NCBI GenBank assembly: GCA_001779505.1
Contig: MFKH01000006.1
Location: 1-56,997, forward strand
Reading direction: 5' to 3'
Length of the DNA: 56,997 bases
Source of the DNA: Candidatus Jorgensenbacteria bacterium GWA1_54_12
Lineage (GTDB): Bacteria > Patescibacteriota > Minisyncoccia > UBA6257 > GWB1-50-10
This document shows, one piece after another, positions 47,929 to 56,997 of the stretch; positions within the stretch are counted from its first letter, which is position 1, and each line of letters opens with the position of its first letter. Below the pieces are notes generated by a model, which was not told where the DNA came from, did not search any database, and was given only the letters and a program-made list of their open reading frames with translations. The position numbers and the translations under genes were made by a program.

Positions 47929-48686
47929 GTGAGAACCTCCGGGCCGGAGGCGGTTATCGCTACGGTAACCTCGGCATGAGCGCTCAAACTCCCGTCTTCG
48001 GTCACAAAGCTCCCGTCTTTCTTTTGAATCGCCCGCGAGGCGCCGGGAGAAAGCATTGGTTCTATTGCGATGACAAGCCCTTCCTGAAGCGCTTCTCCCG
48101 TCCCGGGCTCGCCGAAGTTATACACGTCCGGGTGTTCATGAAGTGCAAAGCCGACGCCGTGGCCAACAAGATTCCTGATAACCTTGAACCCGCTATTCAA
48201 GGCGGTCTTTTCTACCGCATGTCCCACGTCACCCAATCGTTTCCCCAAAACACATGTGAGAACGGCGCGCGAGAGCGCCGCTTCGGTCGCCGCAACAAGG
48301 CGCCGCGCCTCGTCGGTCCCTTTGCCGATAATAACAGTCAATGCCCCGTCGGTTACATACGTCCCCAGACGCACACCAAGGTCCAGTGAAAGCACGTCGC
48401 CGTCTTTCAAAATCCGCTTGTCGGGAAGTCCGTGAACGACCTCCTCGTTTACCGACGTACAAATATGCGCGGGGTATGCTTCGTGCGCGCCTTCGGGCTT
48501 GTATCCGAAAAACGCCGACTCGGCGCCGGACGCGGCAAGAAGTTTTTGTGCTTCTCGGTCGAGTACAGAAAGCGAAACGCCCGCCGCGGCGCGCTCGCGA
48601 AGCTCCAAGAGCACATAGGCAAGTATGCGCCCCGAACGCCGCAATTCTTCAATATCACGCGGAGTCTTCAAACGGGAGCGGTTCAT
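47907..48686 (-). CDS. map: type I methionine aminopeptidase
   Basis: CTSVNEEVVHGLP, DLGV..G...D, HGVG, EPM; 259 aa. Confidence 0.92.
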   Translation of the reverse strand: MNRSRLKTPRDIEELRRSGRILAYVLLELRERAAAGVSLSVLDREAQKLLAASGAESAFFGYKPEGAHEAYPAHICTSVNEEVVHGLPDKRILKDGDVLSLDLGVRLGTYVTDGALTVIIGKGTDEARRLVAATEAALSRAVLTCVLGKRLGDVGHAVEKTALNSGFKVIRNLVGHGVGFALHEHPDVYNFGEPGTGEALQEGLVIAIEPMLSPGASRAIQKKDGSFVTEDGSLSAHAEVTVAITASGPEVLTPLYKVS

Positions 48687-49405
48687 GCAAGCTCCAAGAG
48701 TTTCACGAGCGTCTCGTGTATTTCGTATGGCGCGCCAACGCCGTTCACTTCATGCACGGCAATGCCGTACGCGCGCATCCGCTCTATTAACGGGAATGTT
48801 TGTTTCTTATACACTTCAAGGCGCGCACGGATGTCTTCCGGATTATCCAAGCTCCTCTGCATGAGTTTCCCGCCGCAGAAATTACACGCAACCTGTATCG
48901 GGTCGGATGACCCGACGCCCATAACCGGTAAGCCGCACACGGAACAAATGAGGCGTGTTGAGTTGCGTTTCATGGATTCCTCGGAAGGAACGAGAAGTTG
49001 AATAACCGTCATGCGCTCCTTGCCGTATTCCGCAGCAAGAAGGTCTAAAAGACCTTGCTCCTTCCCGTCCCCAAACGCCTGAAATTCTTCCCGCGGGTAA
49101 CCACTAAACACAACGCTCACATCGGCGAGAGCAAGGCGCATGACTCTGTCCCGCATAATGGAAAGAACCCACGAAGGGGTGCAGAGTTCGCCGGATTCAA
49201 ACTTCTTGCGTTCCCGAACGAGAACGGGGTCGTTCTCCGCCCCCGGGGCGTAGAGGATGCGTTCAATGGAACGCCCGGTGTCCACATGAAAAAAGAAAAA
49301 GCGCTTTGAGAGAAGTTCTGCTTGCGTTCCCTTCCCGGCACCGGGAGGTCCAAATATGATGAGGGCCTGCCTCGCCGGCGGGCGAGCCTGCCTACCGGGT
49401 TTCAT
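48683..49405 (-). CDS. adk: adenylate kinase with Cys4 LID
   Basis: IIFGPPGAGKGTQAELL P-loop, and LID CSVCG...CNFCGGKLMQRSLDNPEDIRARL. The N-terminal extension and start are uncertain. Confidence 0.85.
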   Translation of the reverse strand: MKPGRQARPPARQALIIFGPPGAGKGTQAELLSKRFFFFHVDTGRSIERILYAPGAENDPVLVRERKKFESGELCTPSWVLSIMRDRVMRLALADVSVVFSGYPREEFQAFGDGKEQGLLDLLAAEYGKERMTVIQLLVPSEESMKRNSTRLICSVCGLPVMGVGSSDPIQVACNFCGGKLMQRSLDNPEDIRARLEVYKKQTFPLIERMRAYGIAVHEVNGVGAPYEIHETLVKLLELA

Positions 49406-50660
49406 ATTCCCGTATGGAGAGTTGAGATTGAAGCTGTTTCATAACTTCAAGCGCCACGGCAACGACGATAAGAAGTCCCGTGCCGCCCAGTGAAAACGCC
49501 TCCACGCCGGTTATCATTTGCGTCAGGTTCGGCAGAACGGCGACGATGCCCAGGAAGAGCGCACCGAATAAGGTAATGCGGCGCACCACGTATCGGAGCA
49601 CGTCCGTTGTCTGTGCGCCCGGACGGATGCCGGGAAGGAATCCCCCGCTCTGCTGAAGCGTCTTTGAAATTTCATCGGGGTTAAAAGTGATTGCCGTGTA
49701 GAAGTACGTAAAAACAACGACAAGCGCGAAGTATACGGCGCTGTAGATAAGCTGGTTGTTGAAAATCGTCGTCACAATGGTATTGAGGCGCGCCGATGCC
49801 GCAGGCGACGCAATCGCGACAATCTGCACGGCGAACTGCGGGAGTAAAAGAAGCGAAACCGCAAAGATAATAGGAATAACGCCGGCCTGATTGATCTTCA
49901 GGGGCAGGTATGACGTCACGCCGCCGTACAGCTTGTTGCCGCGCACGCGTTTGGCGTACGAAACGGATATTTTCCGCTCGCCCTCATTGATATACGTAAT
50001 GCCCGCAATGACGGCAACAGAAAGCGCAACAAAGATGATGTATGTCGGGAGCATCTCGGGCGTGTACGAAGCAAGGCTTGACATAATCGCTCTCGGCAAT
50101 CCCGAAACGATACCGGCGAAGATGATGAGGGAAGTTCCATTGCCGATCTTGTATTCGGAAATGACTTCTCCGATCCACACGAGAAACATCGTGCCTGCGG
50201 TAATAATAATGATGTTTCCGATAATCGCCGGGAGCGGAAGAGGTGCGATGGCTCCCTGAGACATAAGAAGATTCAGAAAACTGTAGCCCTGAAGTATTGA
50301 GAACGGTATCGTGAGGTAGCGCGAGATGCGGTTAAACTTCGCCCTGCCTTCGGGCCCCTCTTCGTAATACACTTCCTTGAGCCGTGGAAACACAATCATA
50401 AGAAGCTGCATGACGATAACGGCAGTAATATACGGGCCGATGCCGAGCATGACGAGCGACAGGTTTGACAGGCCTCCGCCGGAAAAGATATTCAAAAATC
50501 CAAGAAGTCGGCTTGATGCAAAAAACGCCTCAAGCTCGCTGGTATTCACTCCAGGAATGGGAATTGCCGCAAGAAGCCGGAATGCGGCAAGAAGAAGGAG
50601 TACCACCACGACCTTCTTGCGTAGGTCGGGTGCTTTGAAAATATGGAGGATGTTGAACAT
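49392..50660 (-). CDS. secY: preprotein translocase subunit SecY
   Basis: 10-TM profile, IPIPGVN, LGIGPYITAVIVMQLL, QSGGFLPGIRPG. Confidence 0.93.
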   Translation of the reverse strand: MFNILHIFKAPDLRKKVVVVLLLLAAFRLLAAIPIPGVNTSELEAFFASSRLLGFLNIFSGGGLSNLSLVMLGIGPYITAVIVMQLLMIVFPRLKEVYYEEGPEGRAKFNRISRYLTIPFSILQGYSFLNLLMSQGAIAPLPLPAIIGNIIIITAGTMFLVWIGEVISEYKIGNGTSLIIFAGIVSGLPRAIMSSLASYTPEMLPTYIIFVALSVAVIAGITYINEGERKISVSYAKRVRGNKLYGGVTSYLPLKINQAGVIPIIFAVSLLLLPQFAVQIVAIASPAASARLNTIVTTIFNNQLIYSAVYFALVVVFTYFYTAITFNPDEISKTLQQSGGFLPGIRPGAQTTDVLRYVVRRITLFGALFLGIVAVLPNLTQMITGVEAFSLGGTGLLIVVAVALEVMKQLQSQLSIREYETR

Positions 50661-50661
50661 A

Positions 50662-51087
50662 TTAGCCGGTCACCACGCTCCCGCCCGCTTTTTCAACTTT
50701 CTCTTTCGCCGTTTTTGAAATCGGCACTCCCTGCACAGAAAGCTTCTTCGTAAGCTCTCCGCCGTCCACGATTTTTGCCTTGTCATCCCCTTTCAAAACG
50801 CCTGCCTCGCGGAGTGACTGCAGTGTAACCGATGCTCCGTCCTGAAACGCGTGCGACAAAACGCCGAGGCTCACCGCCACAGGTTTCGGTTTTCTTAGTG
50901 CGCGCTGGCGCGCGCCGCGAAGCTTGGGGAAAATCTTAACCGCTTCCGCAAGAGCCGCAGGCAGACGCCCGCCCGCATGCGCGTGCTGGCCCTTTACGCC
51001 CCGCCCCGAATACGAGCCGCGTTTCCCGCCCCTGCCGATTCGCTTTTTATACCTCCGTTCCGGGTTTTTGAGTTCGTGCATCTGCAT
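50662..51087 (-). CDS. rplO: 50S ribosomal protein L15
   Basis: KKRIGRGGKRGSYSGRGVKGQ. Overlaps the rpsE 3-prime end by 41 nt (or 35 nt from ATG 51081). Confidence 0.9.
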   Translation of the reverse strand: MQMHELKNPERRYKKRIGRGGKRGSYSGRGVKGQHAHAGGRLPAALAEAVKIFPKLRGARQRALRKPKPVAVSLGVLSHAFQDGASVTLQSLREAGVLKGDDKAKIVDGGELTKKLSVQGVPISKTAKEKVEKAGGSVVTG

Positions 51088-51547
51088 ACATTTTCAAGCC
51101 ATTAAGCGTCGCGCGCGCATTGTTCAACTTGTTTGTCGTTGTCCCAAGCATTTTCGCCGTCACATCCTTCACGCCCGCGAGGTCCAAGACAACACGCATC
51201 GCCCCGCCGGCAATAAGACCATGTCCTTCGCGAGCCGGCTTCATCCTCAAGTGCGCGGCTCCGTACTTCACCTCAATATCATACGGCAAAGTGCGTTTGT
51301 CCTTCAAGGATATGCAAACAACGTGTTTCCGCGCGTCCGCCTTTCCCTTTTCCACGGCGCTCGCCACATCCTTGCCGCGCCCAAGCCCGACACCAACGCA
51401 TCCCATGCGGTCGCCAAGAACGACGACGGTGCGAAAGACGAACCGTTTCCCTCCGGCAACGACACGGGTCACGCGCCGTATCTCAAGCACATTGTCCTCA
51501 AAATCGTCTGTTTTCCTCATGGGTGCTCCTCTTGGCATGGTTTTCAA
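51047..51547 (-). CDS. rpsE: 30S ribosomal protein S5
   Basis: VLEIRRVTRVVAGGKRFVFRTVVVLGD..GCVGVGLGRGKDV, GLIAGGAMR. Confidence 0.93.
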   Translation of the reverse strand: MKTMPRGAPMRKTDDFEDNVLEIRRVTRVVAGGKRFVFRTVVVLGDRMGCVGVGLGRGKDVASAVEKGKADARKHVVCISLKDKRTLPYDIEVKYGAAHLRMKPAREGHGLIAGGAMRVVLDLAGVKDVTAKMLGTTTNKLNNARATLNGLKMYADARTQKPGTEV

Positions 51548-51552
51548 AAAAA

Positions 51553-51915
51553 TTAAAATAACAACCCTGACTCTCGCGCGCCTTCGGCGACCGCGCGGAC
51601 ACGTCCGTGATACCGGTACTGTCCCCGGTCAAAAACGACTTTCGTCACCCCCTGTTCCTGCGCGCGTTTGCCGATAAGTTTCCCTACTTCGTGCGCCACC
51701 GCAATTTTTCCTTTTCCTCCGGAGGGCACCTCGCGACTCCAGGCAGAAACCAAAGTGGTGCCGCGCGCATCGTCAATAAGCTGGGCATGAATATGCCGCA
51801 GGCTTCGAAACACCGAAAGGCGCGGGCGCGTCCCTCGTCCGCTGTCGTGGGCTTGCTGAACGATTTTAACGCGTGTTCGCCGCGCACGCCGGATAATAGT
51901 TTCTGTTTTTGCCAT
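51553..51915 (-). CDS. rplR: 50S ribosomal protein L18
   Basis: RPRLSVFRSLRHIHAQLIDD, VFDRGQYRYHGRVRAVAEGARESGL. Confidence 0.93.
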   Translation of the reverse strand: MAKTETIIRRARRTRVKIVQQAHDSGRGTRPRLSVFRSLRHIHAQLIDDARGTTLVSAWSREVPSGGKGKIAVAHEVGKLIGKRAQEQGVTKVVFDRGQYRYHGRVRAVAEGARESGLLF

Positions 51916-51917
51916 GG

Positions 51918-52466
51918 TTACGCGGTTCCTGCCGCTTTCTTACCCGCCTTGCGGCGAACGACCTCATCGGCATAATGGAAACCCTTCCCCTTATACGGTT
52001 CCACTTTCCTTAAATTTCTCACCTCTGCCGCCGCCTGGCCGACCGCCTGCTTGTCGGCGCCCGAGATGCGGAGCGTATTGCCGTTCAGTTCAAACGAAAC
52101 ATCTGCCGGCACCTCAAAACGCACCTGGTGGGAAAAGCCCAAGGTCATCGTAAGCACCCGCCCTTCGGAGGAGAGTGTCATGCGGTATCCGATGCCTTCC
52201 AGGACGAGTGTTTTTTCAAAGTCGCGCGTCAGTCCTTGGACGGCGTTTGCAAAAAGACTCCGGACAGTTCCCCAGTTCTTCCGGGTTTGCTGCGCCTCGT
52301 CGGTAGTTTCAAAAACCGCTGCACCGTCTCGGGGCACGTACGAAATGCCTTTCAAGAGCGGCACGGAAAGTTTCCGGTTTCCGCGAGCCACGAGAAGCCG
52401 CCCGTCACCGAGGGTGACGGTCACATCCGGCGGAACTATAACGGGTTGTCGTCCGATTCTTGACAT
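51918..52466 (-). CDS. rplF: 50S ribosomal protein L6
   Basis: MSRIGRQPV..P..V, LVLEGIGYR, EPYKGKGF. Confidence 0.93.
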   Translation of the reverse strand: MSRIGRQPVIVPPDVTVTLGDGRLLVARGNRKLSVPLLKGISYVPRDGAAVFETTDEAQQTRKNWGTVRSLFANAVQGLTRDFEKTLVLEGIGYRMTLSSEGRVLTMTLGFSHQVRFEVPADVSFELNGNTLRISGADKQAVGQAAAEVRNLRKVEPYKGKGFHYADEVVRRKAGKKAAGTA

Positions 52467-52479
52467 GGTTCGATTTCAC

Positions 52480-52851
52480 TCACCACACTTTAAAAAGTAA
52501 TTTCCCGCCGACATGCTGCTTTTTCGCTTCATCCCCGCTCAAAACGCCCATCGGCGTTGAGACGACAAGAAGTCCCCTGCCTCCCTGCACGGGTTTCAAT
52601 TCTCGCGCGCCCGCGTACCGGTCCAGCGACGGTTTTGAAAGCGCCTGAAACGCATGAACCGTCCGCTTTGCCGGAAGGGAAATTTTCAAGATTTTCTTCG
52701 CACCGCGCCCGATGACGGCCACTTTATCAACGAATCCGTGCCGAATCAGGATGTTCGTGATTGCGGCATCCATCTTCGTATACGGTGTACGCGTGATGCG
52801 CCTCCGGGCCGCTTGCGCGTTCTTTATGCGATTTATTAAATCAATATACAT
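52480..52851 (-). CDS. rpsH: 30S ribosomal protein S8
   Basis: DLINRIKNAQAARR, LLVVSTPMGVLSGDEAKKQHVGGKLLFKVW. Trimmed to ATG 52851. Confidence 0.9.
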   Translation of the reverse strand: MYIDLINRIKNAQAARRRITRTPYTKMDAAITNILIRHGFVDKVAVIGRGAKKILKISLPAKRTVHAFQALSKPSLDRYAGARELKPVQGGRGLLVVSTPMGVLSGDEAKKQHVGGKLLFKVW

Positions 52852-53023
52852 GCCGAATGTATCTAAATTTACAAGGTGAGTATAGCGAACCGAAGTAAAT
52901 TTAGCAATAGATTCGAGCATTCCGAACGCCAGCGAGGAATTTCAACGAGACCCTTCGCTACGCTCAGGGTGACGCTTCGCCAGCCACTCATCCCGCCACG
53001 ACGGGACTCGTGGGGCGAGAGTG

Positions 53024-53209
53024 TCACCAACTCGCCTTCTTCATCCCTGGTATCTCGCCTTCGGACGCAAGCTCTCTGAAACAAATACGGCACACGTTAA
53101 AATCGCGTATGTACCCGCGCACTCGCCCGCAACGGAAACACCGGCGAACCTTCCGTGTCGTGTATTTCGGCACACGCTTTGATTTGACGATTTTTGATTC
53201 CTTTGCCAT
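53024..53209 (-). CDS. rpsZ: 30S ribosomal protein S14 type Z (zinc form)
   Basis: 61 aa with CFRCGR...CRICFRELA...PGMKKASW. Confidence 0.92.
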   Translation of the reverse strand: MAKESKIVKSKRVPKYTTRKVRRCFRCGRVRGYIRDFNVCRICFRELASEGEIPGMKKASW

Positions 53210-53233
53210 TGCTTCCTTATACCTTATACCTTG

Positions 53234-53734
53234 TTACGCCTTCGTCCTCAAGCCCGTCAGGGGCACGCCGTATGCGCGGTATGCCTCGGTCATGCGGGTT
53301 TTGTTCTGGTAGGCACCGACAATCGTAATCTGCATACCGAACTCCGTGACCGAATCATCCATATTCACCTCGGGGAAAACCGACTGGTCGTGCACACCGA
53401 TATTCAAATTGCCGTGTTCATCAATCGCCGATTCGGACAAACCGCGAAAGTCGCGCACGCGCGGCAGAACCGCGTTTACGAACCGTGACAGAAAGTCGGT
53501 GGCGCGCCTCCCTCGAAGCGTGACCTTAAGCCCTACAACGTCCCCCTCCCGCATGCGGAACTCGGCGATGGAACGCTTCGCCGCCGTTTTCTCCGGACGC
53601 TGGCCGGTAATCGCCGCGAGCGTATCCATAATGTATGGCAGTACTTTGGATTCAAAATCGGGGCGCTGGCGCAGACGGCCGACGCCGGTATTTACGACAA
53701 TCCGTTCCATGGGCAGTTTTATTTCAGGTTTCAT
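53234..53734 (-). CDS. rplE: 50S ribosomal protein L5
   Basis: RIVVNTGVG, ITGQRP, VGLKVTLRG, DFRGL, GNLNIG. ATG 53734 overlaps the rplX stop (ATGA). GTG 53749 is an alternative start. Confidence 0.9.
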   Translation of the reverse strand: MKPEIKLPMERIVVNTGVGRLRQRPDFESKVLPYIMDTLAAITGQRPEKTAAKRSIAEFRMREGDVVGLKVTLRGRRATDFLSRFVNAVLPRVRDFRGLSESAIDEHGNLNIGVHDQSVFPEVNMDDSVTEFGMQITIVGAYQNKTRMTEAYRAYGVPLTGLRTKA

Positions 53735-54033
53735 AATGCTTTGCCGCACTTTCTACATATCCGCGACTTGTTTTTTCCATCCATTTTCATCGCAATGCGC
53801 GTCGGTCCGCACGCCGGGCAAAGGATGCGAACATTGGATGCCGGGAGCGGCCTCACGACGTCAATAATTTCTCCTTTTTCCCCTTGCCGCTTCGGGCGGG
53901 CGTGTTTCTTGAAAACATTGATTCCCTCAATAACCACAAACCCGCGGCTGGGCATAGCCCGCGCCACCTTGCCTTCTTTTCCCTTATCTTTGCCAGTCAT
54001 AACCCGGACATTGTCTCCCTTCTTTATTCTCAT
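53731..54033 (-). CDS. rplX: 50S ribosomal protein L24 (with C-terminal zinc ribbon)
   Basis: [24 protein letters not shown] motif, and CPACG...CRKCG. Confidence 0.9.
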   Translation of the reverse strand: MRIKKGDNVRVMTGKDKGKEGKVARAMPSRGFVVIEGINVFKKHARPKRQGEKGEIIDVVRPLPASNVRILCPACGPTRIAMKMDGKNKSRICRKCGKAL

Positions 54034-54395
54034 ACGACGTCTCCTGACATGGATACGATTGACTGAAATCCCTTGTCGCGCAGCTCACGCGGAATTGGTC
54101 CAAAGATGCGGGTTCCCCGCGGCTCGCGCTTTTCTATGAGAACAACCGCATTGTCGTCAAACCTGATGTACGAACCGTCCTCGCGGCGGTAGGCCTGCCG
54201 CTGACGCACGACAACGGCGTGCACCACGTCTTTTTTCTTGACAAGCTTCCGTGGTTCAACATCGCGAACCGAAGCGACAATCACGTCTCCGATGCGCGCG
54301 TACCGGCGGCGCGTGCCGCCCAAAATGCGAAAACAGCGCACCTTCTTCGCTCCGGTGTTGTCTGCAACGTCCAATATGGCTCGTTCCTGAATCAT
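54030..54395 (-). CDS. rplN: 50S ribosomal protein L14
   Basis: [27 protein letters not shown]. Confidence 0.95.
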   Translation of the reverse strand: MIQERAILDVADNTGAKKVRCFRILGGTRRRYARIGDVIVASVRDVEPRKLVKKKDVVHAVVVRQRQAYRREDGSYIRFDDNAVVLIEKREPRGTRIFGPIPRELRDKGFQSIVSMSGDVV

Positions 54396-54401
54396 GTTTA
54401 T

Positions 54402-54632
54402 TTAGCTTACCTTCCCCGTAATAACCCACCGCTTGTCTTTTGAAATGGGCCTTGTTTCCGCAATAACAACCTTGTCCCCCATGCGGTACTCATTTTTCTC
54501 ATCATGCGCCTTAAAGCGGGTTGTCCGCTTCAGGTAGGTTTGGTAGCGCGGATGCTTCACGAGCCGCGTTACCAAAACGACGCGGGTTTTCTCCATCTTG
54601 TCCGAAACAATAATGCCTTTAAACGTTCTCAT
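54402..54632 (-). CDS. rpsQ: 30S ribosomal protein S17
   Basis: [17 protein letters not shown]...HPRY.K......KAHDE.N....GD.V.I.E.RPISK.K.W. Confidence 0.92.
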   Translation of the reverse strand: MRTFKGIIVSDKMEKTRVVLVTRLVKHPRYQTYLKRTTRFKAHDEKNEYRMGDKVVIAETRPISKDKRWVITGKVS

Positions 54633-54819
54633 GTTGATTTAATATTGTCATAAGCCGGGCAATCATCCTCTTCGCCTCAATAAGGTCGCGCACGTTTGAA
54701 ACCTTGCCGAGCGAAAGGTCAAAACGCAGCGTGCGGAGCCGTTCCTGCTCCGTCGCCAGGCGTTTCATGAGTTCCTCGCGCGGCAGGGCGCGCACTTTTT
54801 CATATTCGCGTTTCTTCAT
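54619..54819 (-). CDS. rpmC: 50S ribosomal protein L29
   Basis: 66-aa helical protein with the LR...EEL......L..LRF pattern, in operon position between rplP and rpsQ. Confidence 0.88.
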   Translation of the reverse strand: MKKREYEKVRALPREELMKRLATEQERLRTLRFDLSLGKVSNVRDLIEAKRMIARLMTILNQHENV

Positions 54820-54824
54820 AAAAG

Positions 54825-55247
54825 TTAACGGCTTGAAACCACTATCTTCCCTTTGACCGGCAGCTTATGCATTGCGCGGCGGAGCGATTCGCGCGCCTGA
54901 CCTTCCGCGACACCGGCTACTTCAAAGAGTATCCTTCCGGGGCGGATCGGCACGACATAATGCGACAGGCCGCCCTTCCCTTTTCCCATCTTCACCTCAG
55001 CCGGAAACTTCGTCACCGGCTTGTCTGGGAAAATGCGTATCCATACTTTTCCCTCGCGCTTCAAGAAGTGTGTCATCGCCCGGCGCGCCGCTTCAAGCTG
55101 CGCTCCCGTTATCCACGCAGGAGTCAAAGCCTGCAATCCATAGTCACCGAACGCAAGCCACGTGCCGCGCGTTTCTTTCATCCGTTTCAGGGAACGCCCC
55201 TTCTGCTGCAGGCGGTATTTTTGTTTTTTCGGCTGTAAGGCAGACAT
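54825..55247 (-). CDS. rplP: 50S ribosomal protein L16
   Basis: [43 protein letters not shown]. Confidence 0.95.
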   Translation of the reverse strand: MSALQPKKQKYRLQQKGRSLKRMKETRGTWLAFGDYGLQALTPAWITGAQLEAARRAMTHFLKREGKVWIRIFPDKPVTKFPAEVKMGKGKGGLSHYVVPIRPGRILFEVAGVAEGQARESLRRAMHKLPVKGKIVVSSR

Positions 55248-55248
55248 A

Positions 55249-55905
55249 TTATGATTCTCCCTTATATAACCAGACGGTTACGCCGATTGTGCCGTAGGTA
55301 GTGTATGCAGTCGCTCTGCCGAAGTCAATCTGAGCCCGCAATGTTTGGAGCGGCATGGCGCCGAAGGCGAGCCACTCCGTACGCGCAATCTCGGAGCCGT
55401 TCAAACGGCCCGAAACGCGTATCTTTGCTCCGCGCACGTCTTTGTTTGCTTGGATAAATTGCAGATGACGCTTCAGAACGGTACGGAACGGAAGGCGGCG
55501 CTCCAGGTCACTCACGACCTGACCTGCAACAACCGACGCCGAAACTTCGGTCCGGCGGATTTCAACGACATCAACGTGCAGAATAAACCCGAGTGTGATG
55601 CCGCGCTCCTTGCGGAATGTTTTGATTGCCTTAATGAGCGCCTTATTGAGTTCTTCAATGCCGCTCCCTCGCCGTCCGATAATAAGGCCCGGCTTGTTCG
55701 TTTTCACGCTCACGCGAATGTCTTCACGCGTCCGCTCTATTTCAATGCCCGACACCCCGGCGCGCGCAAGCCGCTTCATGATAAGCTCGCGCACAAGACA
55801 GTCCTCCTCAAGAAAGAATCTTAAGGATTTCTTGTAGAACCATCGGCTCGGCCACGGGAAATTGATGCCCAGCCGGAACGTATGCGGTTTAATGCCTCTG
55901 CTCAT
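55249..55905 (-). CDS. rpsC: 30S ribosomal protein S3
   Basis: KH domain [20 protein letters not shown]...G..PLQTLRA.IDF. Confidence 0.95.
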   Translation of the reverse strand: MSRGIKPHTFRLGINFPWPSRWFYKKSLRFFLEEDCLVRELIMKRLARAGVSGIEIERTREDIRVSVKTNKPGLIIGRRGSGIEELNKALIKAIKTFRKERGITLGFILHVDVVEIRRTEVSASVVAGQVVSDLERRLPFRTVLKRHLQFIQANKDVRGAKIRVSGRLNGSEIARTEWLAFGAMPLQTLRAQIDFGRATAYTTYGTIGVTVWLYKGES

Positions 55906-55914
55906 GCGTTTTGA

Positions 55915-56442
55915 TTAACCCATTGATTTCCTCTGAAACAGCCTCTGCAGGCGGCCGCTCTTTCTCTGAGCCTGCGGCTCTGCGGCAGACGTTCGCGAGG
56001 GCGCGCGCTCCGTTTTCTTCTCCGGTTTCGTTTTCTCTTTCTTTATGTGCGGAACGCGATACGACAGCGGTTTTGCCTCGCGCTCGCCCAAGGTCAATGA
56101 CACATGACTCATTGACTTACTTAAAATACTCATGCCTCCGCGGGAAAGGCGCTCCACCCGCTTCAGGACCGGTCCCCCGTCAACCATAATGCGCGCGACA
56201 TACAGCCTGTCTTTGGAAATGTTGCGCGTACTCCTGGCATTCTCACATGCCGAGTGAAGCAGTTTCAAGAGCGGACGCGCCGCGCGCTGGGGCAACGTGG
56301 CAAGCGCCGCCTCCGCTTCAAGAACTGAAACACCTCTCATGAGCCCCGTGAGGCGCCGCACCTTTTGAGGCGCAACATGAAGAAAGCGCAATGTCGCTTT
56401 TATATCGGGTGTCGGATGTGTTTGTGTTGCCGCTTTTGCCAT
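55915..56442 (-). CDS. rplV: 50S ribosomal protein L22 with a ~55-aa basic C-terminal extension
   Basis: VAPQKVRRLTGLMRGVSVLEAEAAL, A.NA, RLYVARIMVDGGPVLKR. Extension KKEKTKPEKKTERAPS... Confidence 0.9.
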   Translation of the reverse strand: MAKAATQTHPTPDIKATLRFLHVAPQKVRRLTGLMRGVSVLEAEAALATLPQRAARPLLKLLHSACENARSTRNISKDRLYVARIMVDGGPVLKRVERLSRGGMSILSKSMSHVSLTLGEREAKPLSYRVPHIKKEKTKPEKKTERAPSRTSAAEPQAQRKSGRLQRLFQRKSMG

Positions 56443-56450
56443 AGTGTTGA

Positions 56451-56783
56451 TTACTTGGACGCGAATTTGCCGGCCGGCCTGGCCGGTGCAGCCGGAGCCG
56501 CAGTTTGTTTCTGCGCGAGCTCGCGTTGCATCTTGCCGCCATGGCGGATAAATTTGCGCGTCAGAGAGAACTCTCCCAGCCGGTGGCCAATCATGTCTTC
56601 GGTTACGCGCACGAGCGTGAACGTTTTGCCGTTGTGCACGTCAAACTCATACCCGACCATTTCCGGCGATATTTCCGATGCACGCGCCCACGTGCGAATC
56701 GCGCCTCCTTCGGGCTTCTGCTTTCGCAATTTCTTCAAAAGCTTTTCGTCTACGTATGGTCCTTTTTTGGAACTTCTGCTCAT
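56451..56783 (-). CDS. rpsS: 30S ribosomal protein S19 (C-terminal extension)
   Basis: [43 protein letters not shown]. Confidence 0.93.
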   Translation of the reverse strand: MSRSSKKGPYVDEKLLKKLRKQKPEGGAIRTWARASEISPEMVGYEFDVHNGKTFTLVRVTEDMIGHRLGEFSLTRKFIRHGGKMQRELAQKQTAAPAAPARPAGKFASK

Positions 56784-56796
56784 AAATTTCCTTAAG

Positions 56797-56997
56797 CTAT
56801 TTCCTCTTCTTTGACTTGCGCCGCTCCATGATGAGTTTCGTGGATGCTTTGCGCTTATTCCGCGTTTTTCTGCCGCCCGTAATATTACCCCAAATGTCCT
56901 TCGGGCGCTTCGTGCCCCGCTGGGTGCGGCCTTCGCCGCCGCCGTACGAGTGGTCTCGCGGGTTCATGACCGACGCCCGCGTCACCGGCCGTCTTCC
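56797..56997 (-). CDS. rplB: 50S ribosomal protein L2, C-terminal fragment (gene continues beyond the window)
   Basis: [16 protein letters not shown]... and a K/R-rich tail. The ORF is open at the window edge. Confidence 0.88.
   Translation of the reverse strand, partial: GRRPVTRASVMNPRDHSYGGGEGRTQRGTKRPKDIWGNITGGRKTRNKRKASTKLIMERRKSKKRK

Overview
This is a chromosomal window from a small-genome bacterium, most likely a Patescibacteria/CPR-type lineage. That placement is an inference from several features: rpsE is followed directly by rplO with no L30 gene, 23S-5S is not preceded by a 16S, 23S helix 45 carries an intervening sequence, several housekeeping genes are compact or fused, and no tRNA encodes CCA. 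The genetic code is standard (TGA is used as a stop, including in ATGA overlaps). Layout: (i) 1-6.9 kb is a visibly lower-GC accessory stretch after tRNA-Ser, holding an SDR, an HTH-ImmA/IrrE peptidase + DUF4411 pair, a membrane protein, a small HAD, an alpha/beta hydrolase, an MFS transporter, Tag and a half-size MFS. (ii) 7-14.8 kb holds an orphan Zn-ribbon gene with its own promoter and terminator, a HAD-IIB hydrolase, a MurD-MurC fusion ORF, a cysteine-free MutY-like glycosylase, ThiI, a 3D-domain protein, an RluA-type synthase and an orphan. (iii) 14.9-19.5 kb is a tRNA-rich patch (Leu, Thr, Thr, Trp, Leu) with a structured element built from tRNA-Leu 3-prime-end copies, a low-GC islet (GreA-C-like gene + MoaA-like radical SAM gene), an RNHCP protein, L19, a secreted coiled-coil protein and L33. 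(iv) Next come parA-parB, relA/spoT, CIRCE-groESL and topA. (v) Then a GT28-like glycosyltransferase, a basic repeat protein, murA, pcm, scpAB, dac-mraY-ftsW-murG, gltX, an M23 peptidase and a PD-(D/E)XK nuclease. (vi) A minus-strand block follows: rnpB, rnhA, a DHH phosphoesterase, pgk, 5S and 23S, then map-adk-secY and the spc/S10 ribosomal-protein operon up to a partial rplB. I saw no CRISPR array, transposase or integrase. The best candidates for something new are the ImmA/DUF4411 two-gene module, the tRNA-Leu-linked structured element and its adjacent radical-SAM islet, and the MurD-MurC fusion with a rearranged dcw cluster. The 23S helix-45 insertion and a recurring 25-37 nt palindrome are also notable. 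All calls come from reading the sequence and the ORF translations by eye; no database search was run.
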